From contig OX597828.1 in the NCBI GenBank assembly GCA_951406725.2, positions 34,286,001 through 34,350,000 of the forward strand: a stretch of DNA of 64,000 nucleotides, in the 5' to 3' direction. Made by a program: the position numbers and the translations under genes. This document shows positions 1 through 14,273 of the stretch, one piece after another. The stretch's first letter is position 1. Every line of letters begins with the position of its first letter. The notes beneath the pieces were generated by a model. That model ran no database searches. It worked only from the letters and a program-made list of their open reading frames with translations, and was not told where the DNA came from. Origin of the DNA: Octopus vulgaris. Its lineage: Eukaryota.

Positions 1-60
1 AAACACCTCATCAAAAACGATACAAAAGAAGAAGAAAAAAAAATGAAACTTTTAAAATGA
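1..60 (+). CDS. Probable C-terminal end of LINE ORF1, truncated by the window edge
   Basis: Frame 1 is open from base 1 (KHLIKNDTKEEEKKMKLLK*) and stops 65 bp before the ORF2 ATG, matching L1/Tx1 layout. It has no diagnostic motif. Confidence 0.4.
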   Translation, partial: KHLIKNDTKEEEKKMKLLK

Positions 61-125
61 GTAAGTGACCTCACTTCTTGCCTCTTGTCTCTTCTAATAT
101 AGTGTGTAAAACACAATTTTCGTAA

Positions 126-3100
126 ATGTCAAGTATGCTTAAATTAGGTTGTGTGAATGCGCGTGGCTTGGCGTCGGCTTGGAAGCAAGGTTACCTTCTA
201 AACGACATCAAGTCACTGGACGTGGATATAGTAGCTATCAGCGAAACCAGACTCAGTAAACCGCGGGCCCTCGAGTCCATGTTTGGCAATCAATTTGACA
301 TTTATTTTTCTCCCTGTCTGCCGAACATGGGTGGTGGAGGTACTGCGGTGCTTTTTCGAAAGAGTCTAAAGGTAAAAGTAAGAGCAATATTCCTAGACCC
401 GGAGGGTAGGCTGGTTGTCTTGGACGTGGATGGCAGAAATGGGTGTGCATTCCGTCTGATGGCAGTTTATGCACCGTCCTTAACGGGTCGGGCGGATTTC
501 TTCAGACGTCTAGAGGTTTTCCTGGGTACGTCTAGACCTTTACTGTTAGTAGGGGATTGGAACGCTACCTTGGACACGCATCTAGATTATGTGGGAAGGG
601 ATAGGAATAGAAGGGGGTGTAAGAGCCTCAAAGACCTGCTCAGACGTTTCCATTTGTCTGACAGGTTCCGACTCGACCATCCGAACGTGCCAACGTGGAC
701 TTGGACAAACCGCGTCGGATCGTCGAGATCTTATCTAGATAGAATTCTATGCAGGACAGCGGATAGGGATAGTGTAGGATGTTCACAATTTAAAATAGTC
801 AGCTACACAGATCACAAATTTGTTACGTGTACGCTCGACTTAGATAAAACACATAGGCAGGGTCCCGGTTACTGGAAACTGAACACGTCGCTGTTAGCGC
901 GACAGGTTTACAGGAACCGGATTAGCGAGTTAATTAAGAGGGCGCTGACAGGAGCGGTCGTTAACAACCGCTGGTGGTACGCCCTGAAAATGGCAATAAA
1001 ATCGGAATCAATTAGGTTTAGCAAGGAATTAGCGATAGAACGAAATAGAGTAGAGGGAGACTTAGTTAAGAAACTAGAAGAGGCACTTACCACTGGCAGC
1101 GCAACCAACGTGCTAGCTGCGAGGATGGCCCTCGACCAACACCTCAACGCCAAGCACGAAGGTTGCGTCGTCAGAGCTAAAATGCGTGCCTTAAGGAACG
1201 AAGGGATTGAAGCTGCGCGAGAGGCCCGGGTAGCGGAGGCGCAGCGTGGCAACAGATCAACCATTCGGTCTCTAATAGATCAACAGGGATGCAGTTTACT
1301 CGAACCCGAAAGGATGTGTGAGGCCTTTCAACAGCACTTTGCTCGACTGTTTGGTGCGAGTGGTGGGTCGGAACGAGGGATGGATTTCAGTGCCTACCTG
1401 ACCGACCTGCCGCGGCTCTCGGCAAGAGAAGCGGAGTGTTGTGAAAGTCCCATCACAGCCGCTGACGTGTGGGATGCGATGGCGGGCTGCGCGAGGGATA
1501 AGTCGCCTGGATTGGATGGTTTACCCTACGAGCTGTATTGTCGAATGCCAGACTTGTTTGGCGACCTCTTGGCATCAGTCTACTGCAACTGGCAACAAAA
1601 CGGGAGAATCCCCGGTTTCGTGAGCCGAGGTGCAGTGACGTTGCTGAAGAAAGACTCAAACAAGGGGAATTTTATAGATAATTTCAGGCCCATCACTCTG
1701 CTCAACGCAGATTTGAAAATTTTGGCCAAAGTAATAGCCGAGAGGTTGGCGCTTGTCATTGGTAAACTGATCGACAGGGCGCAAACATGCGCCGTGCCGG
1801 GCAGAACCATACATGACAACCTCCATCTGATGCGCTACATTGTGGACAGGGTAGTTAAGGATCCTGGCATGGGTGGGGCGCTGATAAATTTGGATCAGTC
1901 TAAAGCCTTCGATAGGGTCGACCATCGGTACTTGGCGGCCGTCCTCAGGGCGGCTGGCTTCGGTCCCGTCTTCCGCGGTTGGATCGCTGCCTTGTATAGC
2001 GGCATCCGATCGGTGATTCGGGTGAACGGTCACCTGTCTAAACCGTTTGACATCACGCGTTCGGTCCGTCAGGGGTGTCCCTGTCGGCGCTTCTGTATGT
2101 ATTGACTCTCGAGCCGCTACTGCGGAAGCTGGCGACACTGAGGGGCATCCACGGGAACTGGGTTGCGGGACGAGCGTGTCGGCATATGCGGACGATGTCA
2201 CCGTCATAGTGTCGAGCTACCAGCACATCGAGCTGGTCGGCGAGACACTAAAAAATATGAAACGGTGACGGGAGCAAAGATTAACCCGGAAAAGTCAGTG
2301 GGTTTGCTACTCGGCACCTGGAGAAGCAAGCCCATGCCGTCCGACTGCGGCTCAGTAGTGGGACGCTGGACGGACGGACCGGTTAAATTGCTCGGGGTCT
2401 GGTTCAGTCCGGACCTCCAAATGGATAAGAACTGGGACGAGATCACGAGTAGAGTGGTCGCTCTCAGCCAAACATGGGCCGAGAGAAAGCTGTCTCTAAA
2501 AGGCCGGGCGGAGGTGGCGAACGCGTACATCGCATCCGTCATCGATTACCGCCTGACCGTCGTACCTTGTCCCGACGCCACCATCACCAAACTGGAACGC
2601 ATACTCTTCCGCTTCCTGTGGAAGGGTGGCGTTCCGATGGTGAGGAAGTCCATTGCTGTCAACATCCGTTGAATGGAGGACTGGGCATGCCGTGGTTGAT
2701 GATGCGCAGGCATGCGCTGAGACTGCGACATCTCTGGAAATTCATCGACGACGGTGAACAGGTGTGGGCGCCGTTTGTGAGGCGCGACTTCCCGCAGCTC
2801 GTCTCACTGACCGAACTGCAAACGTGGATCAAAAAGAGACCGAAACTGGGCGATTGGCACCGAGAGTGTCGCCAAGCTCTACAGCAGCTCTGCCGCCCGG
2901 GGTCAAACTTGTGCAACTTCCAAACGACTAAAGCGTTCTATAGAGGACTAGTGGAGGGGAGGTCCGACGACACACTCGGGGCAAACCTGGGCGTCGACGA
3001 GGAATTCTAACCCGCCTGTTCAGGACGACGTTCGGGCCGGGGCCTATGGATAACTTCCAGAAATCCCTGGCTTGGCAGTGCTATCGAGACGCACTACCTG

Positions 3101-3570
3101 TTCGAGAGAAGAGCTACAGACACGGTTCGAAAACCATCACCGGACCGACCTGCCCGAGATGCGGTCAGAGCGACGAAACCGTTCTGCACGCACTCGTGCA
3201 GTGTCCAGATATTTCAGAGCTGTGGTCCTTCGTCGAACAGCTGTTGTCACGTGTAGGTCAGGCTCGCCTATCGGCCGAGTCTATTGTGAATATTGTTCCA
3301 CCACATTCCTTTAAATGGGAAGGGAAAACGGTTTTCGTTACGCTGATGGCTATGGCGAAAGAATGTGTGTGGTGGACGCGTTTGAAAGGACTGCAAACAA
3401 ACACCTTCCTCTCTGGTCAGTCTCTCGTCAACTTTTTCAAGTACCACTTGAAAAGGAGGATGAGAATAGAGAGGAAGGCTTTGTCGAACGAATGTTTTAA
3501 TAAAAAGTGGGTAAAAGTGGCAAAAATGGTCAGTATGAAAGACGACACTATTTTAAGCATAAATCTGTAA
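126..3570 (+). CDS. L1/Tx1-clade non-LTR retrotransposon ORF2 (AP endonuclease, reverse transcriptase, C-terminal CCHC), with five -1 frameshifts
   Basis: APE motifs: NARGL, ISET, VYAP, GDWN, YLDRI, TDH. Tx1/L1 linker GPGYWKLN. RT motifs: SPGLDG, NFRPITLLNADLK, LDQSKAFDRV, RQGCP(LS), AYADD. GGLGMP follows, then the zinc knuckle CPRC-x8-H-x4-C. Adding one base at ~2080, 2150, 2252, 2653 and 3006 joins the pieces into ~1149 aa with no internal stop. Confidence 0.95.
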
Positions 3571-3870
3571 CCAAAAGAGACAACGAGAAGTAAGGCGACT
3601 TACTCATGTGTTCTTTTTCGAATTGCCTGAGGTGACCTTGGTCTTTTTTGTAGGTTTTTCTTTCCAAGACTACACCTAAACTGTGAACCTTATATATATA
3701 TATATATTGCTTTTTTATACACCACACAACCCACAGATCCCTATTGATCAAACGTTTTTTTTTTTTTTTTTTTTTCTTGCCCCACCCATCCCACCTCGAA
3801 AAGAAAAATTCTACATTGTATTTCGTCCATTTTTATTCTGTGTTTAGCCCTGTGTGGCTACAATAAAAAG

Positions 3871-3871
<1 letters not shown>

Positions 3872-3957
<86 letters not shown>

Positions 3958-3998
3958 CCTACCTACCTACCTACCTACCTACCTACCTACCTACCTAC

Positions 3999-4034
<36 letters not shown>

Positions 4035-4090
4035 ATATCTACCTACCTACCTATCTACCTACCTACCTACCTCCCTACCTACCTACCTAC

Positions 4091-4185
<95 letters not shown>

Positions 4186-4315
4186 GCTATCTATCTATCT
4201 ATCTATCTACCGACATACCTACCTACCTACCTACCTATCCATCCATCCATCCATCCATTCATTCATCCATTCATCCATCCACCATCCATCCATCCATCCA
4301 TCCATCCATCCATCC

Positions 4316-4408
<93 letters not shown>

Positions 4409-4435
4409 CCTACCTACCTACCTATCTATCTATCT
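3872..4435. repeat. Compound tetranucleotide microsatellite (TATC)n/(TACC)n/(CATC)n
   Basis: Direct reading. Confidence 0.98.
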
Positions 4436-4495
4436 GTGTCTGCCTTCCTACCTACCTGCCTATCGATTCCTGAATCAATTTATATAGGAATCGAC

Positions 4496-4575
4496 TTTTC
4501 TTTCTTTCCTTCTCTCTTTCTTACTTTCTTTCTTTCTTTTTTCCTTCCTTCCTTCCTTCCTTCCTTCCTTCCTTC

Positions 4576-4612
<37 letters not shown>

Positions 4613-4943
4613 TTCCTTCCTTCCTTTCTTTCTTCCTTCCTTCCTTCCTTCCTTCCTTCCTTCCTTTCTTTCTTTCTTTCTTCCTTCCTTCCTTCCTTTC
4701 TTTCTTTCTTCCTTCCTTCCTTCCTACCTTTCTTTCTTTCTTCCTTCCTTCCTTTCTTTCTATCTTTCTTTCTTCCTTCCTTCCTTCCTTCCTTTCTTCC
4801 TTCCTTTCTTTCTTTCTATCTTTCATCCTTCCTTCCTTCCTTCCTTCTTTCCTTCCTTCCTTCCTTCCTTCCTTCCTTCCTTTCTTCCATCCTTCCTACC
4901 TTCTTTCTTTTCTTTCTTCCTTTCTTTCTTTCTTCCTTCCTTC

Positions 4944-4992
<49 letters not shown>

Positions 4993-5047
4993 TTCCTTCC
5001 TTCCTTCCTTCCTTCCTTTCTTTCTTTCTTTCTTTCTTCCTTCCTTC

Positions 5048-5088
<41 letters not shown>

Positions 5089-5091
5089 TTC

Positions 5092-5132
<41 letters not shown>

Positions 5133-5143
5133 TTCCTTCCTTC

Positions 5144-5176
<33 letters not shown>

Positions 5177-5483
5177 TTTCTTCCTTCCTTCCTTCTTTAC
5201 TTTCTTTCTTTATTCCTTCCTTCCTTCATTTCTTTCTTCCTTCCTTCCTTCCTTCCTTCCTTCCTTCCTTCCTTTCTTTCTTCCTTCCTTCCTTCCTAAC
5301 ATTCTTTCATTCTTTCTTTCTTTCTTTCTTCCTTCCTTCCTTTCTTTCTTTCTTTCTTTCTCTCCTTTCTTTCTTTTTTTTCTTTCTTTCCTTTCCTTTC
5401 TTTCTTTCTTTCTTTTTTTCTTCCTTCCTACCTTTCTTCCTTCCTTTCTTCCTTGCTTCCTTCCTTCCTTCCTTCCTTCCTTC

Positions 5484-5526
<43 letters not shown>

Positions 5527-5592
5527 TCCTTTCTTTCTTCCTTCCTTCCATCCTTCCTTCCTTCCTTTCTTCCTTCCTTTCTTCCTTCCTTC

Positions 5593-5649
<57 letters not shown>

Positions 5650-5676
5650 TTCCTTCTTTCCATCCTTCCTTCCTTC

Positions 5677-5717
<41 letters not shown>

Positions 5718-5797
5718 TTCCTTCCTTTCTTTCTTTCTTTCTTCCTTCCTTCCTTCCTTCCTTCCTTCCTTTCTTTCTTTCCTTCCTTCCTTCCTTC

Positions 5798-5842
<45 letters not shown>

Positions 5843-5853
5843 TTCCTTCCTTC

Positions 5854-5894
<41 letters not shown>

Positions 5895-6125
5895 TTCCGT
5901 CCTTCCTTCCTTTCTCCCTTCCTTCCTTTCTTTCTTTCTTTCTATCTTTCTACCTTCCTTCCTTCCTTTCTTTCTTCTTTCCTTCCTTCCTTTCTCCCTT
6001 CCTTTCTTTCTTTCTTTCTTTCTTTCTTCCTTCCTTCCTACAATTCGTTCTTTCTTTCTTTCTTCCTTCCTTCCTACAATTCTTTCTTTCTTTCTTCCTT
6101 CCTTCCTTCCTTCTTTCCTTTCTTA

Positions 6126-6166
<41 letters not shown>

Positions 6167-6711
6167 TACCTTCCTTCCTTTCTTTCTTTCTTTCTTTCAT
6201 CCTTCCTTCTTCCTTCCTTCCTTCCTTCCTTTCTTTCTTTCTTTCATTCTTCCTTCCTTCCTTCCTTCCTTCCTTCCTTCCTTCCTTACTTCCTTCCTTT
6301 CTTTCTTTCTTTCTTCCTTCCTTCCTTCCTTACTTACTTCCTTTCTTTCTTTCTTTCTTTCTTTCTTCCTTCCTTCCTACCTTTCTTTTTTCTTTCTTTT
6401 TTTCTTTCTTCCTTCCTTCCTTTCTTTCTTTCTTTCTTTCTTTCTACCTTCCTTCCTTCCTTTCTTTCTTTCTTTCATTCTTTCTTTCTTTCTTTCTTCC
6501 TTCCTTCCTTCCTTTCTTCCTTTCTTTCTTTCTTTCTTTCTTTCTTCCTTCCTTCCTTCCTTTCTTTCTTTCTTTCTTTCTTTCTTCCTTTCTTTCTTTC
6601 TTCCTTTCTTTCTTTCTTTCTTCCGTTCTTTCTTTCTTTCTTCCTTCCTTCCTTCCTTCCTTATTTCCTTCCTTTATTTCTTTCTTCCTTCCTTCCTTCC
6701 TTACTTCCTTC

Positions 6712-6748
<37 letters not shown>

Positions 6749-7000
6749 TTCCTTCATTTCTTTCTTTCGTCCTTCCTTCCTTCCTTTCTTTCTTTCTTCC
6801 TTCCTTCCTTCCTTCCTTTCTTTCTTTCTTTCTTTCTTCCTTCCTTCCTTCCTTCCTTCCTTCCTTCTTTCCTTTCTTTCTTTCTTTCTTTCTTTCTTTC
6901 ATTCTTTCTTTCTTTCTTTCTTCCTTCCTTCCTTCCTTCCTTCCTTTCCTTCCTTTCTTTCTTTCTTTCTTTCTTTCTTCCTTCCTTCCTTCCTTCCTTC

Positions 7001-7041
<41 letters not shown>

Positions 7042-7180
7042 TTCCTTCCTTCCTTCCTTACTTCCTTCCTTCCTTACTTCCTTCCTTTCTTCCTTCATTC
7101 ATTCCTTCCTTTTTTTCGTTCTTTCTTTCTTCCTTCCTTCCTTTCTTTCTTTCTTCCTTCCATCCTTCCTTCCTTTCTTC

Positions 7181-7213
<33 letters not shown>

Positions 7214-7276
7214 TTCCTTCCTTCCTTCCTTCCTTCCTTTCTTTCTTTCTTTCTTTCTTCCTTTCTTCCTTCCTTC

Positions 7277-7360
<84 letters not shown>

Positions 7361-7367
7361 TTCCTTC

Positions 7368-7404
<37 letters not shown>

Positions 7405-7541
7405 TTTCTTCTTCCTTTCCTTCCTTTCTTTATTTCTTTCTACCTTCCTTCTTTCCTTCCTTTGTTTTTCTTTCTTTCATTCTTTCTTTCTTTCTTTCTT
7501 CCTTCCTTCCTTTCTTTCTTTCTTTCTTTCTTCCTTCCTTC

Positions 7542-7578
<37 letters not shown>

Positions 7579-7705
7579 TTTCTTCCTTCCTTCCTTCCTT
7601 TCTTTCTTTCTTCCTTCCTTCCTTCCTTCTTCCTTCCTTCCTTCCTTCCTTCCTTCCTTTCTTTCTTCCTTCCTTCCTTTATTTCTTTCTTTCTTTCTTT
7701 CCTTC

Positions 7706-7737
<32 letters not shown>

Positions 7738-7745
7738 TTTCCTTC

Positions 7746-7780
<35 letters not shown>

Positions 7781-7976
7781 TTCCTTTCTTTCTTTCTTTC
7801 TTTCTTCCTTCCTTCCTTCCTTCCTCCTTCTTTCTTCTTCCTTCCTTCCTTTCTTTCTTCCTTCCTTCCTTCCTTCCTTCCTTCCTTCCTTCCTTCCTTT
7901 CTTTCTTTCTTCCTTCCTTCCTTTCTTTCTTTCTTTCTTTCTTTCTTTCCTTCCTTCTTTCTTTCTTCCTTCTTTC

Positions 7977-8009
<33 letters not shown>

Positions 8010-8120
8010 TTCCTTCCTTCCTTTCTTCCTTTCTTTCTTTCTTCCTTCCTTCCTTCCTTTCTTTCTTTCTTTCTTCCTTCCTTGCTTCCTACCTTCCTTT
8101 CTTTCTTTCTTTCTTCCTTC

Positions 8121-8193
<73 letters not shown>

Positions 8194-8200
8194 TTCCTTC

Positions 8201-8237
<37 letters not shown>

Positions 8238-8497
8238 TTCCTTCCTTCCTTTCTTTCTTTCTTCCTTCCTTCCTTCCTTTCTTCCTTCCTCCCTTCCTTC
8301 CTTCCTTCCTTCCATTCTTTCTTCCTTCCTTCCTTCCTACCATTCTTTCTTTCTTTCTTTCTTTCTTCCTTCCTTTCTTTCTTTCTTTCTTTCTTTCCTT
8401 TCTTTCTTTCTTTCTTTCCTTTTTTCTTTCTTTCTTTCTTTCTTCCTTCCTTCCTACCTTTCTTCCTTCCTTTCTTCCTTCTTTCCTTCCTTCCTTC

Positions 8498-8558
<61 letters not shown>

Positions 8559-8617
8559 TTCCTTCCTTCCTTCTTCCTTCCTTCCTTCCTTTCTTTCTTT
8601 CTTTCTTTCTTTCTTTC

Positions 8618-8651
<34 letters not shown>

Positions 8652-8858
8652 TTCCTTCCTTCCTTCCTTCCTTCCTTCCTTCTTTCTTTCTTTCTTTCTT
8701 TCTTTCTTTCGTTCTTCCTTCCTTCCTTTCTTTCTTTCTTCCTTCCTTCCTTCCTTCCTTCATTCCTTCCTTTCTTTCTTTCTTTCTTCCTTCCTTCCTT
8801 TCTTCCTTCCTTCCTTCCTTTCTTTCTTTCTTTCTTTCTTTCTTTCCTTCCTTCCTTC

Positions 8859-8891
<33 letters not shown>

Positions 8892-9242
8892 TTCCGTCCT
8901 TCCTTCCTTTCTCCCTTCCTTCCTTTTTTTCTTTCTTTCTTCCTTCCTTCCTTCCTTCCTTCCTTCCTTTCTTTCTTTCTTTCTTTCTTTCTTCCTTCCT
9001 TCCTTCCTACAATTCTTTCTTTCTTTCTTTCTTCCTTCCTTCTTTCCTTTTCTTTCTTTCTTTCTTTCTTTCTTCCTTCCTTCCTTCCTTCCTTCCTTTC
9101 TTTCTTTCTTTCTTTCTTTCTTCCTTCCTTCCTTCCTTTCTTTCTTTCTTTCTTTCATCCTTCCTTCTTCCTTCCTTCCTTCCTTCCTTTCTTTCTTTCA
9201 TTCTTCCTTCCTTCCTTCCTTCCTTCCTTCCTTACTTCCTTC

Positions 9243-9273
<31 letters not shown>

Positions 9274-9290
9274 CCTTCCTACCTTTCTTT

Positions 9291-9322
<32 letters not shown>

Positions 9323-9948
9323 TTCCTTCCTTCCTTCCTTTCTTTCTTTCTTTCTTTCTTCCTTCCTTCCTTCCTTCCTTTCTTTCTTTCTTTCTTCCTT
9401 TCTTTCTTTCTTCCGTTCTTTCTTTCTTTTTTCCTTTCTTCCTTCCTTCCTTACTTCCTTCCTTTATTTCTTTCTTCCTTCCTTCCTTCCTTACTTACTT
9501 CCTTTCTTTCTTTCTTTCTTCTTTCTTCCTTCCTTCCTTCCTTTCTTTCTTTCGACGTTCCTTCCTTCCTTTCTTTCTTTCTTCCTTCCTTCCTTCCTGT
9601 CTTTCTTTCTTTCTTTCTTCCTTCTTTCCTTCCTTCGTTCCTTCCTTTCTTTCTTTCTTTCATTCTTTCTTTCTTTCTTTCTTCCTTCCTTCCTTCCTTC
9701 CTTCCTTTTTTCCTTTCTTTCTTCCTTTCTTTCTTCCTTCCTTCCTTCCTTCCTTCCTTCCTTCCTTCCTTCCTTCCTTCCTTACATCCTTCCTTCCTTA
9801 CTTCCTTCCTTTATTTCTTTCTTTCTTCATTCCTTCCTTACTTACTTTCTTTCTTTCTTTCTTTCTTCCTTCCTTCCTTCCTTCCTTTCTTTCTTTCTTT
9901 CTTCCTTTCTTCCTTCCTTTCTTTCTTTCTTTCTTCCTTCCTTCTTTC

Positions 9949-9987
<39 letters not shown>

Positions 9988-10017
9988 TCCTTCCTTCCTT
10001 CCTTCCTTCCTTCCTTC

Positions 10018-10058
<41 letters not shown>

Positions 10059-10566
10059 TTCCTTCCTTTCTTTCTTTCTTTCTTTTTTTCTTTCTTCCTT
10101 CCTTTCTTTCTTTCTTTCTTTCTTCCTTTCTTCCTTCCTTCCTTCCTTCCTTTCTTTCTTTCATCCTTCCTTCCTTCCTTTATTTCTTCCTTCCTTCCTT
10201 CCTTCCTTCCTTCCTTTCTTCCTCTTCTTTCTTCCTTCCTTCCGTTCTTTCTTTCTTTCTTTCCTTCCTTTCTTTCTTTCTTTCTTCCTTCCTTCTCCTT
10301 TCTTCCTTCCTTTCCTTTCTTTCTTCCTTTCTTTCTTTTCTTCCTTCCTTCCTTCCTTTATTTCTTTCTTTCTTTCTTTCTTTCTTCCTTCCTTCCTTCT
10401 TTCTTTCTTTCTTTCTTTCTTCCTTGCTTCCTTCCTTCCTTCCTTTCTTTCTTTCATTCTTTCTTTCTTTCTTCCTTTCTTCCTTCCTTCCTTCTTTCCT
10501 TTCTTTCTTTCTTCCTTGCTTCCTTTCTTTCTTTCTTTCTTTTTTTCATTCTTTCTTCCTTCCTTC

Positions 10567-10599
<33 letters not shown>

Positions 10600-10765
10600 T
10601 TCCTTCCTTCCTTCCTTTCTTTCTTTCTTTCTTTCTTTTCTTTCTTCCTTCCTTCCTTCCTTCCTTCCTTCCTTCTTCTTCTTTCTTTCTTCCTTCCTTC
10701 CTTCCTTCCTTCCTTCCTTCCTTCCTTCCTTCCTTTCTTCCTTTCCTTCCTTCCTTCCTTCCTTC

Positions 10766-10802
<37 letters not shown>

Positions 10803-10915
10803 TTCCTTTCTTCCTTCTTTCTTCTTCTTTCCTTTCCTTCCTTTCTTTCTTCTTTCTTTCTTTCTTTCTTTCTTCCTTCCTTTCTTTCTTTCTTTCTTCT
10901 TCTTCCTTCCTTCCT

Positions 10916-10949
<34 letters not shown>

Positions 10950-11105
10950 TTCCTTCCTTTCTTTCTTTCTTTCTTTCCTTCCTTTCTTTCTTTCTTTCTT
11001 CCTTCCTTCCTTCATTTCTTCCTTCCTTCCTTTCTTTCTTCCTTTCTTTCTTTCTTTCTTCCTTCCTTTCTTTCTTTCTTTCTTTCTTCCTTTCTTCCTT
11101 CCTTC

Positions 11106-11170
<65 letters not shown>

Positions 11171-11177
11171 TTCCTTC

Positions 11178-11210
<33 letters not shown>

Positions 11211-11357
11211 TTTCTTCCTTCCTTCCTTCCTTCCTTGCTTTATTTCTTTCTACCTTCCTTCTTTCCTTCCTTTGTTTTTTCTTTCTTTCATTCTTTCTTT
11301 CTTTCTTTCTTCCTTCCTTCCTTTCTTTCATTCTTTCTTTCTTCCTTCCTTCCTTCT

Positions 11358-11395
<38 letters not shown>

Positions 11396-11953
11396 TTTCT
11401 TCCTTCCTTCCTTCCTTCCTTTCTTTCTTTCTTCCTTCCTTCCTTCCTTTCTTTCTTTCTTCCTTCCTTCCTTCCTTCCTTTATTTCTTTCTTTCTTTCT
11501 TTCTTTCTTCCTTTCTTTCTTTCTTTCCTTCCTTTCTTTCTTTCTTTCTTCCTTCCTTCCTTTCTTTCTTTCTTTCTTTCTTTCTTCCTTCCTTCCTTCC
11601 TTCCTTTCTTTCTTTCTTCCTTCCTTCCTTCCTTCCTTTCTTTCTTTCCTTCCTTCCTTCCTTCCTTCCTTCCTTCCTTTCTTTCTTTCTTCTTCCTTCC
11701 TTCCTTTCTTTCTTTCTTTCTTTCTTTCCTTCCTTCTTTCTTTCTTTCTTCTTCTTTCCTTTCTTTCTTTCTTTCTTTCTTTCTTCTTCCTTCCTTCCTT
11801 TCTTTCTTTCTTTTTCTTTCTTTCTTCCTTCCTTCCTTCCTTTCTTTCTTTCTTTCTTTCTCCTTCCTTGCTTCCTACCTTCCTTTCTTTCTTTCTTTCT
11901 TCCTTCCTTTCTTTCTTTCTTTCTTTCTTTCTTTCTCTCTTTCTTTCTTTCGT

Positions 11954-11992
<39 letters not shown>

Positions 11993-12224
11993 CTTCCTTC
12001 CATCCTTCATTCCTTCCCTTCTTTCTTTCTTTCTTTCTTTCTTCCTTCCTTCCTTCCTTCCTTTCTTTCTTTCTTTCTTCCTTCCTTCCTTCCTGTCTTT
12101 CTTCCTTCCTTCCTTCCTTGCTTCCTTCCTTCCTTCCTTTCTTTCTTTCTTTCTTCCTTCCTTCCTTTCTTTCTTTCTTTCTTTCTTTCTTTCCTTCCTT
12201 CTTTCTTTCTTTCTTCCTTCTTTC

Positions 12225-12257
<33 letters not shown>

Positions 12258-12376
12258 TTCCTTCCTTCCTTTCTTCCTTTCTTTCTTTCTTTCTTCCTTC
12301 CTTCCTTTCTTTCTTTCTTTCTTTCTTTCATCCTTCCTTGCTTCCTACCTTCCTTTCTTTCTTTCTTTCTTCCTTC

Positions 12377-12448
<72 letters not shown>

Positions 12449-12490
12449 TTCCTTCCTTCCTTCTTCCTTTCTTTCTTTCTTTCTTCCTTC

Positions 12491-12539
<49 letters not shown>

Positions 12540-12654
12540 GTCCTTCCTTCCTTTCTTCCTTCCTCCCTTCCTTCCTTCCTTCCTTCCATTCTTTCTTCCT
12601 TCCTTCCTTCCTACCATTCTTTCTTTCTTTCTTTCTTTCTTTCCTCCTTCCTTC

Positions 12655-12719
<65 letters not shown>

Positions 12720-12774
12720 TTCCTTCCTACCTTTCTTCCTTCCTTTCTTCCTTGCTTTCTTCCTTCCTTCCTTC

Positions 12775-12827
<53 letters not shown>

Positions 12828-12882
12828 TTCCTTCCATCCTTTCTTCCTTCCTTTCATCCTTCCTTACTTCCTTCCTTCCTTC

Positions 12883-12913
<31 letters not shown>

Positions 12914-13109
12914 TCGGTCTTTCTTTCTTTCTTTCTTTCTTCCTTCCTTCCTTCCTTCCTTCCTTCCTTCCTTTCCTTTTTCTTTCTTTCTTTCTTTCTT
13001 TCGTTCTTCCTTCCTTCCTTTCTTTCTTTCTTCCTTCCTTCCTTCCTTCCTTCCTTCCTTCCTTTCTTTCTTTCTTTCTTCCTTCCTTCCTTTCTTCCTT
13101 CCTTCCTTC

Positions 13110-13140
<31 letters not shown>

Positions 13141-13398
13141 TCCTTCCTTCCTTCCTTTCTTTCTTTCTTTCTTTCTTTCTTCCTTCCGTCCTTCCTTCCT
13201 TTCTCCCTTCCTTCCTTTCTTTCTTTCTTTCTTCCTTCCTTCCTTCCTTCCTTCCTTCCTTTCTTTCTTTCTTTCTTTCTTTCTTCCTTCCTTCCTTCCT
13301 ACAATTCTTTCTTTCTTTCTTTCTTTCTTCCTTCCTTCTTACAATTCTTTCTTTCTTTCTTTCTTTCTTCCTTCCTTCCTTCCTTCCTTCCTTTCTTA

Positions 13399-13435
<37 letters not shown>

Positions 13436-13593
13436 TTCCTTCCTTCCTTTCTTTCTTTCTTTCTTTCATCCTTCCTTCTTCCTTCCTTCCTTCCTTCCTT
13501 TCTTTCTTTCATTCTTCCTTCCTTCCTTCCTTCCTTCCTTCCTTACTTCCTTCCTTTCTTTCTTTCTTTCTTTCTTTCTTCCTTCCTTCCTAC

Positions 13594-13626
<33 letters not shown>

Positions 13627-14208
13627 TTCCTTCCTTCCTTCCTTTCTTTCTTTCTTTCTTTCTTTCTTCCTTCCTTCCTTCCTTCCTTTCTTTCTTTCTT
13701 TCTTCCGTTCTTTCTTTCTTTTTTCCTTTCTTCCTTCCTTCCTTACTTCCTTCCTTTATTTCTTTCTTCCTTCCTTCCTTCCTTACTTACTTTCCTTTCT
13801 TTCTTTCTTTCTTTCTTCCTTCCTTCCTTCCTTTCTTTCTTTCGACGTTCCTTCCTTCCTTCCTGTCTTTCTTTCTTTCTTTCTTCCTTCCTTCCTTCCT
13901 TCCTTCCTTCCTTTCTTTCTTTCTTTCCTTCTTTCTTTCTTTCTTTCTCCCTTTCTTCCTTCCTTCCTTCCTTTTTCCTTTCTTTCTTCCTTTATTCTTC
14001 CTTCCTTCCTTCCTTCCTTCCTTCCTTCCTTCCTTCCTTCCTTACATCCTTCCTTCCTTACTTCCTTCCTTTATTTCTTTCTTTCTTCATTCCTTCCTTA
14101 CTTACTTTCTTTCTTTCTTTCTTTCTTCCTTCCTTCCTTCCTTCCTTCCTTTCTTTCTTTCTTTCTTTCTTCCTTCCTTCCTTTCTTTCTTTCTTCCTTC
14201 CTTCCTTC

Positions 14209-14251
<43 letters not shown>

Positions 14252-14273
14252 TCCTTCCTTCCTTCCTTCCTTC

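Larger units (their letters stand above)
1..3872 (+). mobile_element. Tx1/L1-like LINE; 5' part lies outside the window, 3' UTR 3571-3872
   Basis: ORF2 as above. The 3' UTR has a T-run, a terminal stem-loop TAGCC-CTGTGT-GGCTA (3845-3860) and AATAAA (3862-3867). It runs straight into (TATC)n with no poly(A). Confidence 0.9.

Noticed and set aside
253-3500. Short overlapping and antisense ORFs within the LINE
   Set aside because: They are shadow frames or frameshift pieces of ORF2.
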